From NCBI RefSeq assembly GCF_021028975.2, contig NC_059430.1, positions 109,616,001 through 109,680,000 on the forward strand: DNA of 64,000 nt, in the 5' to 3' direction. The translations under genes and the position numbers were made by a program. Within the stretch, counting starts at the first letter, position 1. Every line of letters starts with the position of its first letter. Shown here piece after piece: positions 58,666-64,000 of the stretch. The DNA is from Sphaerodactylus townsendi. Lineage: Eukaryota. The notes under the pieces were generated by a model. That model saw only the letters and a list, made by a program, of their open reading frames with translations, was not told where the DNA came from and ran no database searches.

Positions 58666-59493
58666 TTCTACCATCACAGCTCTGTTTGAGACTCATAAGA
58701 AACATCAGGTCTGAACATCTCCTGAGAACATGGAACACAAACCACTAGACTTGAAGATAACCCTCAATGGGCAAATTATAAGAGACAAAACCCTACTAGG
58801 AAATTTCACCCCTCAGAGTTATCATGGATATGCCCGCAACTACCACTCTGATTGTAGCCTGGTCCAGACGATACAGTAAACTCTTAACAGGCTATACCAT
58901 TCCCCAGCAAGATGCGGGACCGCTCCTTAGGGAGAATTAGTCAATCAACGGCAATTTACTCGCAATGACTGAATGAAACTCCTTTGTTCAGGGCCAGTAA
59001 TGCTCTTTAAGAACAGCCCTGGGTGGGAGGGAAAGAATAGGAGAGTTCAACCTTTGTGCCCCACTTCAGGGCTTTTGTAGGATATTTGGTTAGCCACGAG
59101 GTGAAATAGGATGCTGAACCAATGGCCTGATCCAGCACGGAAGCTCTCACCATCACACTACCAAGATCCTGAGATTCTGAAAGTTACTTACTGCAAAACT
59201 TATATCCCACTTACTTCCAGAACAGGAATTCAAAGCATGTTACAATGCAAAGCCCAACTCTGCCAGAGTACAAGATGTCTCGTGATGTCGTGAATATTAA
59301 GCCTAGCAATTTCCAGCATTTCCACCCTCCAAATATTTGCTTGGCCCTGCTTTCTCAAATAAACATGGGGACTAGAAACACAGGTTTCTCTCTTTTAAAA
59401 ATGTAGCTACATTCCTGGTGGCAATTTGATTCCAAACAAGCATGCCACCCAACTTGCTGAGGGCCTTGGGGTCCTGGACTCATTCAGACTCAC

Positions 59494-59646
59494 CATTTTC
59501 TGTAACTGCATAGCCAACCCGTTCTCCGCAGGCGACGGAGGATGCCTTCGCCAGCCCAGGGATGGCAGTGGGCGTGCTCTTCTCTTCAATGCCTTCTCCC
59601 AAGCCCAGCATGCCATAGTCTGCTCTGCCAAGACTATACACAGTGC
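59494..59646 (-). CDS. RCC1: RCC1 coding exon
   Basis: [51 protein letters not shown]; 153 nt. Confidence 0.95.
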
Positions 59647-60250
59647 CTGTTTGAAATTGAGAGGCAGAATGAGACAAGGGAAGGCGGGAATACATTTTCA
59701 GAAGAGAAAGGACGGGGGAAATCTAAGACCGTCTATAAATCTGGAAACATGTTTGAGTGAAATATATCCTGATTTAAAAAGGATGTTATCTTTTTCCCAG
59801 TCATGGAAGCTTTCTCAACGTATGACCTGTTTGAGGAGGTCAAGAAAGGACCCCTCACAAAAGGTGTAAAACGGTTCTGAAGGCCTTTTCAAAAAAGGAG
59901 TAACAAGGTTGCACTTTTTAATGTATGTGAAAAATTTAATCAGCCCCCCACCCTGAAAACACTCTAAATCTGGGACTGCCCAGAGCAAAAATAAATAAAT
60001 AAGCTGGGAAAAAACAGGATCACAGAACAACATACCATGGCAAATCAATTACCCAATCCTGAATAAACAGGAAGTAATGGGTTACGGAAGCTTAGTAGAT
60101 TCTGCTTCAGGCAGATGCCCGAAACGTTGGGTACTTTCATATTTGGGGAGCCAAATAAAGACAGGCAAACACACACATCGATCCTCTCCTTTCACAAACA
60201 CATCCGGTTATTCCTCCTCATTCTGGAGAATAACACTCTAGGCTGCTCAC

Positions 60251-60370
60251 CTTCCGAATCCAGGCACACAGTATGATGTTGCCCGGCAGAGAATTCAACC
60301 CAGGATCTGGTGGAGTTCTTGAACGCCGTCAGAATCTTTGGGGAATAGTAAGTGTCGATGCTTTCAGAAC
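60251..60370 (-). CDS. RCC1: RCC1 coding exon
   Basis: GSESIDTYYSPKILTAFKNSTRSWVEFSAGQHHTVCLDSE; 120 nt. Confidence 0.95.
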
Positions 60371-60790
60371 CTTGGGGGTAGTCAAGGAAATCACAGTTAG
60401 TTGCAGACACAAATCAGAGGGGTCAGGCTGATTTACCCACAATTCAGAGCAGTTAAGATTCATTGAAGCAGCAATCAACATTCCTCCACCCTGTGTGTAC
60501 AGCAGCAACACATGTACACAGCCACCACCTAGCCTAGTCCACAACCCTTGAAAGTTACAGCAAACAAGATCAGACAGACAGAGCTGTTTTTCCCCTCTTA
60601 AGCATGATCCAGCTTGCAGGAATCACGCCCCCTCTTTTCCTCCTATAAAGACAAGGAAGAAACTATGTTTCCTCATTCTTCCCCAGCTTTCCTGATGACA
60701 CAGGATTTGTAAGATTCTCACCAACACACTCTTCTTGCAACAACTGGGGGTTTATGAATCCCTTTCCTTGACACGCAGGCAGCAACTTAC

Positions 60791-60940
60791 CCAGTTGGTA
60801 GTAATTGGAGAGGCCAAACCCAATGACATGGCCCTCCTGGGTGAGGGCTATGGTAGAATAGGAGCCACAGAAGACATCATGGATATGCCCTTTGGCCTTA
60901 CTGCCTTTGAGGGGGACAGGCTGGGGGAGCAGCAGGCGTT
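60791..60940 (-). CDS. RCC1: RCC1 coding exon
   Basis: [50 protein letters not shown]; 150 nt. Confidence 0.95.
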
Positions 60941-61099
60941 CTGGAGGAAAGAGAGAGGGCTTAGAAGAATTGACCCTGACCACAGGAAGCTGCCAGATAC
61001 TGAATCAGACCACTGACCTGTTAAAGTCTGTATTGTCTACTCAGACTGGTAGCTGCTCGACAAGATCTCAGGTAGAGGTCTTTCTTACCACCTACAGCA

Positions 61100-61395
61100 G
61101 CAGTGGCGTAGTGGTTAAGACCAGGTGCATTCTAATCTGGAGAAACTGGGTTTGATTCCCCGCTCTGCCACTTGAGTTGTGGAGGTTTATCTGGGGAATT
61201 CAGATTAGCCTGTGCACTCCAACACCCGCCAGCTGGGTGACCTTGGGCTAATCACAGCTTTTCGGAGCTCTCTCAGCCCACCTACCTCACAGGGTGTTTG
61301 TTATGGGGCGGGGGAGGGAAAGGAGAGTGTAAGCCCCTTTGAGTCTCCAACAGGAGAGAAAGGGGTGATCTAAATCCAAACTCTTCTCTTCTTCT
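61100..61395 (+). mobile_element. tRNA-derived SINE (Squam3-like)
   Basis: gcagtggcgtagtggttaaga head; (CTT)n tail. Confidence 0.75.
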
Positions 61396-61845
61396 ACTAC
61401 TACTTGTTCCTTTTAACGAGAGATGCTGGTAATTGAACCTGGGACCTTCCGCATGCCAAGCAGATGCTCAACCATTGAGCCACAGCCTCTTCACTGACAT
61501 AACTGAGCTCCTGAAGCTGCCTTATTCTGAGCCAGATCCTTGGTCTATCAAGGCCAGCATTGCCTATTCAGGCTGGCAGCTGCTCTCTGCGATTTCAAAG
61601 AGTGATCTTTCCGATAGCCTATTCTGATCCTTTTTTAAATAGAGATGCTGAGGACTGAACTGAAGACCCCCAGCAGGTAAATTCTGTGCTCAACCAGGCA
61701 GCTGTGGCCCCTTCCTAAATAAAAAGGAGAACCAGAATACTGGTCTGTTTGCCTCCTCTGAAACCTTTTATTGGCTACTCTCAGATCTGTTTCAGGGAAA
61801 TCTGACTTGGGACTTTCTGCATACAAAGCAGCTGGTCTGCTACTA

Positions 61846-62077
61846 CCCTGTTTCCCCGAATATAAGACATCCCCTGAAAATAAGACGTAGTAGAGGTTTT
61901 GCTGAAGTGCGAAATATAAGGCATCCCCCGAAAGTAAGACGTAGCAAAGTTTTTGTTTGGAAGCATGCCTGACGAACAGAACACAGAAAAATAAGACATC
62001 CCCTTAAAATAAGACATAGCACATCTTTGGGAGCAAAAATTAATATAAGACACTGTCTTATTTTTGGGGAAACACGG
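61846..62077. mobile_element. Tc1/mariner-pogo type MITE
   Basis: Same family as 8392-8644; TA flanks; a terminal fragment also at about 33115-33160. Confidence 0.8.
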
Positions 62078-62211
62078 TAAGCCTTGGCCCCTCCACCTTG
62101 GAAATCCCTTTGTTTATGGGGACACGTCACCTCTACACCCCCAAACTGGTCACCTGCCGCATCTTCCCCACAAACTGTCTCAAAGCAACACAATTCATCT
62201 CATGAACTCAC

Positions 62212-62334
62212 CCAGTCCTCGTCTTCCTCCCCTGGCAGTGAAAATTTGGGGCACTCGGCCCAGCTGGCCATTGTCTCCACAACCACAGGTATAAAGGTTC
62301 CCCTCCACAGACACTAGGGCTAAGTGATGGCTCC
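62212..62334 (-). CDS. RCC1: RCC1 coding exon
   Basis: GSHHLALVSVEGNLYTCGCGDNGQLGRVPQIFTARGGRRGL; 123 nt. Confidence 0.95.
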
Positions 62335-63338
62335 CTGCGAAAGCGAAGACAAAATGAAGGAAATGTCTAGAAAGGGGTGTTGAACTCATTTGTTTCGAGG
62401 GCCGCATGTGACACAAATGCGACTTAGTTGAACTGGGCCTGGGGGCTGGGGAGGCGGCTGCCTTGAGAGGGTTTATCAGGCCCGTGAACCAGCTGAGGCA
62501 AACCCCACCTCTCTTGTCCAAAGGTCTCCAGGACAGATGAAGAAGGGGGGGGGGGGGATGGATGGATGGATGGATGGATGCATCAGCTGGCTCAAAGGCC
62601 TGATAAGCCCATTCAAGAGGCTGGATCTGCTTCCCAGGCCCCATGTTTGAAATCCCTGATCTAGGGGAGTTCCATCTGCAGCTAAGGAAGAGGAGATGCT
62701 TTCCCACAACCTTTGCCATGACGTTCAGAGGCAAAGTTAATCATGAGTAGTCAAGTCATTTTATTTTACAGTCAGCGACCAGTAATACAAGATCAAGGTA
62801 CATCAGTTTCAAGGTACCATTACCATAGTATATACATAGACAAAAGAGTACTAGAAGCACTTTTCAAAATGTTAATCTATAATCTATAATGAGAGTACTA
62901 AAAGCATTATACAAAATATTACATAGTCTATGGTATTTACAAGAAGGAATATTTGCGACACTAATATAATTATTATTGTACTTATACACAGTCGGTGGCT
63001 GTTTACTAAAAGGTCAACTCACGAAAAAAGCAAGCAGTAGATAAAATACATTTGATTATGACAAAAGATTCATGGGTTCATGGTTTGCACTGTCTTCTAA
63101 TATTGTAATCACAGGCCTACTGCATTGTTCAGTGGATGTCTTATGTAGTGTCTGATCACACAGTTTTTACATTTTGTAATCCACTTGAATCTTAGGGAGA
63201 AAGGAGGGGTATAAGTAAAATAAACAAGTAAACCAAAGCAATACAATTACAGTTAGAACAGGGGATATTATGCCAGAAGGAAAACCACAGCAACCGAAGT
63301 CTGTTGTATATCAAACACTTCACGTCACCGCCACTCAC

Positions 63339-63462
63339 CTGAAGCAATTTTTACTACGGGCACATCCAGTTGTAGCTCGACAGGCACAGAACTGCCGCTG
63401 GAGCATTCTTGTACCTCAGTACCCTTTGTGGGAGCCAGTAAGCCAATGACACCATTTTCGTC
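63339..63462 (-). CDS. RCC1: RCC1 coding exon
   Basis: DENGVIGLLAPTKGTEVQECSSGSSVPVELQLDVPVVKIAS; 124 nt; AG/GT. Confidence 0.93.
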
Positions 63463-63555
63463 CTGAACAAACATGTCCACAGAAAGAAGTTGTCAACAAG
63501 CATGAAGGAAAAAAGTCCCAGCCAAAGCATCTCCAGGGGAAAAAACCAAACATAC

Positions 63556-63735
63556 CCGGAATGCTCCCCAGATGAACACGCGCCCATCCTCCGTCAATGC
63601 TGCTGTGTGACTGTCCCCAGCAGAGACTTGCACCACTTTTTCCTTCAGATCCACAAGCCCCGGCACAGAGTCAGACCCTTCCTCTGAAGTGTCGCGTCCC
63701 AAAGCCCCTTCATCGTTGCAGCCAAAGGTGTAGAT
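63556..63735 (-). CDS. RCC1: RCC1 coding exon (upstream exons outside the window)
   Basis: [60 protein letters not shown]; 180 nt. Confidence 0.96.
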
Positions 63736-64000
63736 CTGGGGACAGAAAAGATACCTGGTGGCCAAAAAATCCAGAAGGAATCCCAGGGAAATTAAGGACT
63801 GAAATAGGAGGCCATTTCGGTATATATATTCTCTTCCACAGGAAGATGGTAGTAGATGGTATATTCCTCTACCACAGAACAAAATACTGCACCACAACAG
63901 AAGTGGCAAGTGGGTGCAGCAGGTGGCATCATGCTGGCCGTGAAAGGAGTTGTGGCAACAAACGTGAACTTTGTGTCTTGCATGCTTGGTATGGGTTGCC

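Noticed and set aside
61100-61170. tRNA gene
   Set aside because: A/B-box-like head of a SINE repeated many times in the window; no complete cloverleaf
56908-64000. Intronic snoRNAs (SNORA73/U17) associated with RCC1
   Set aside because: No recognisable H/ACA snoRNA; the known host introns are at the 5' end of the locus, outside this window

Overview
Vertebrate genomic DNA. The repeat content (Squam3-like and Sauria-like SINEs, 5S-derived SINEs, CR1, L2, many hAT/Tc-mariner MITEs) suggests a squamate, probably a gecko; this is an inference. Five protein-coding genes lie head-to-tail on the minus strand: RCC1 (last 7 coding exons, 5' part outside the window), RHBDL2 (7 coding exons, 292 aa), GJA9 (single-exon connexin, 378 aa), MYCBP (5 exons, 104 aa) and RRAGC (7 exons, 415 aa). 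I read the splice junctions by hand and the frames join. Main points of interest: (1) MYCBP intron 3 is a minor-spliceosome (U12) intron in a very compact gene; (2) the GJA9 C-terminal tail is short, runs into the MYCBP CpG island and leaves no room for its own polyA site; (3) a DDX6 retrocopy fragment and a nested inverted repeat with a perfect 68-bp palindrome sit just upstream of RRAGC; (4) an unexplained CpG-rich, apparently bidirectional promoter at 2.5-3.4 kb has no recognisable gene; (5) RCC1 carries a 9-aa insertion; (6) a possible decayed DIRS element lies at 11.5-12.7 kb. I found no prokaryotic-type system, CRISPR array or real tRNA/rRNA gene, and no clearly new multi-gene system. 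Comparisons with human proteins and repeat families are from memory, not from searches.
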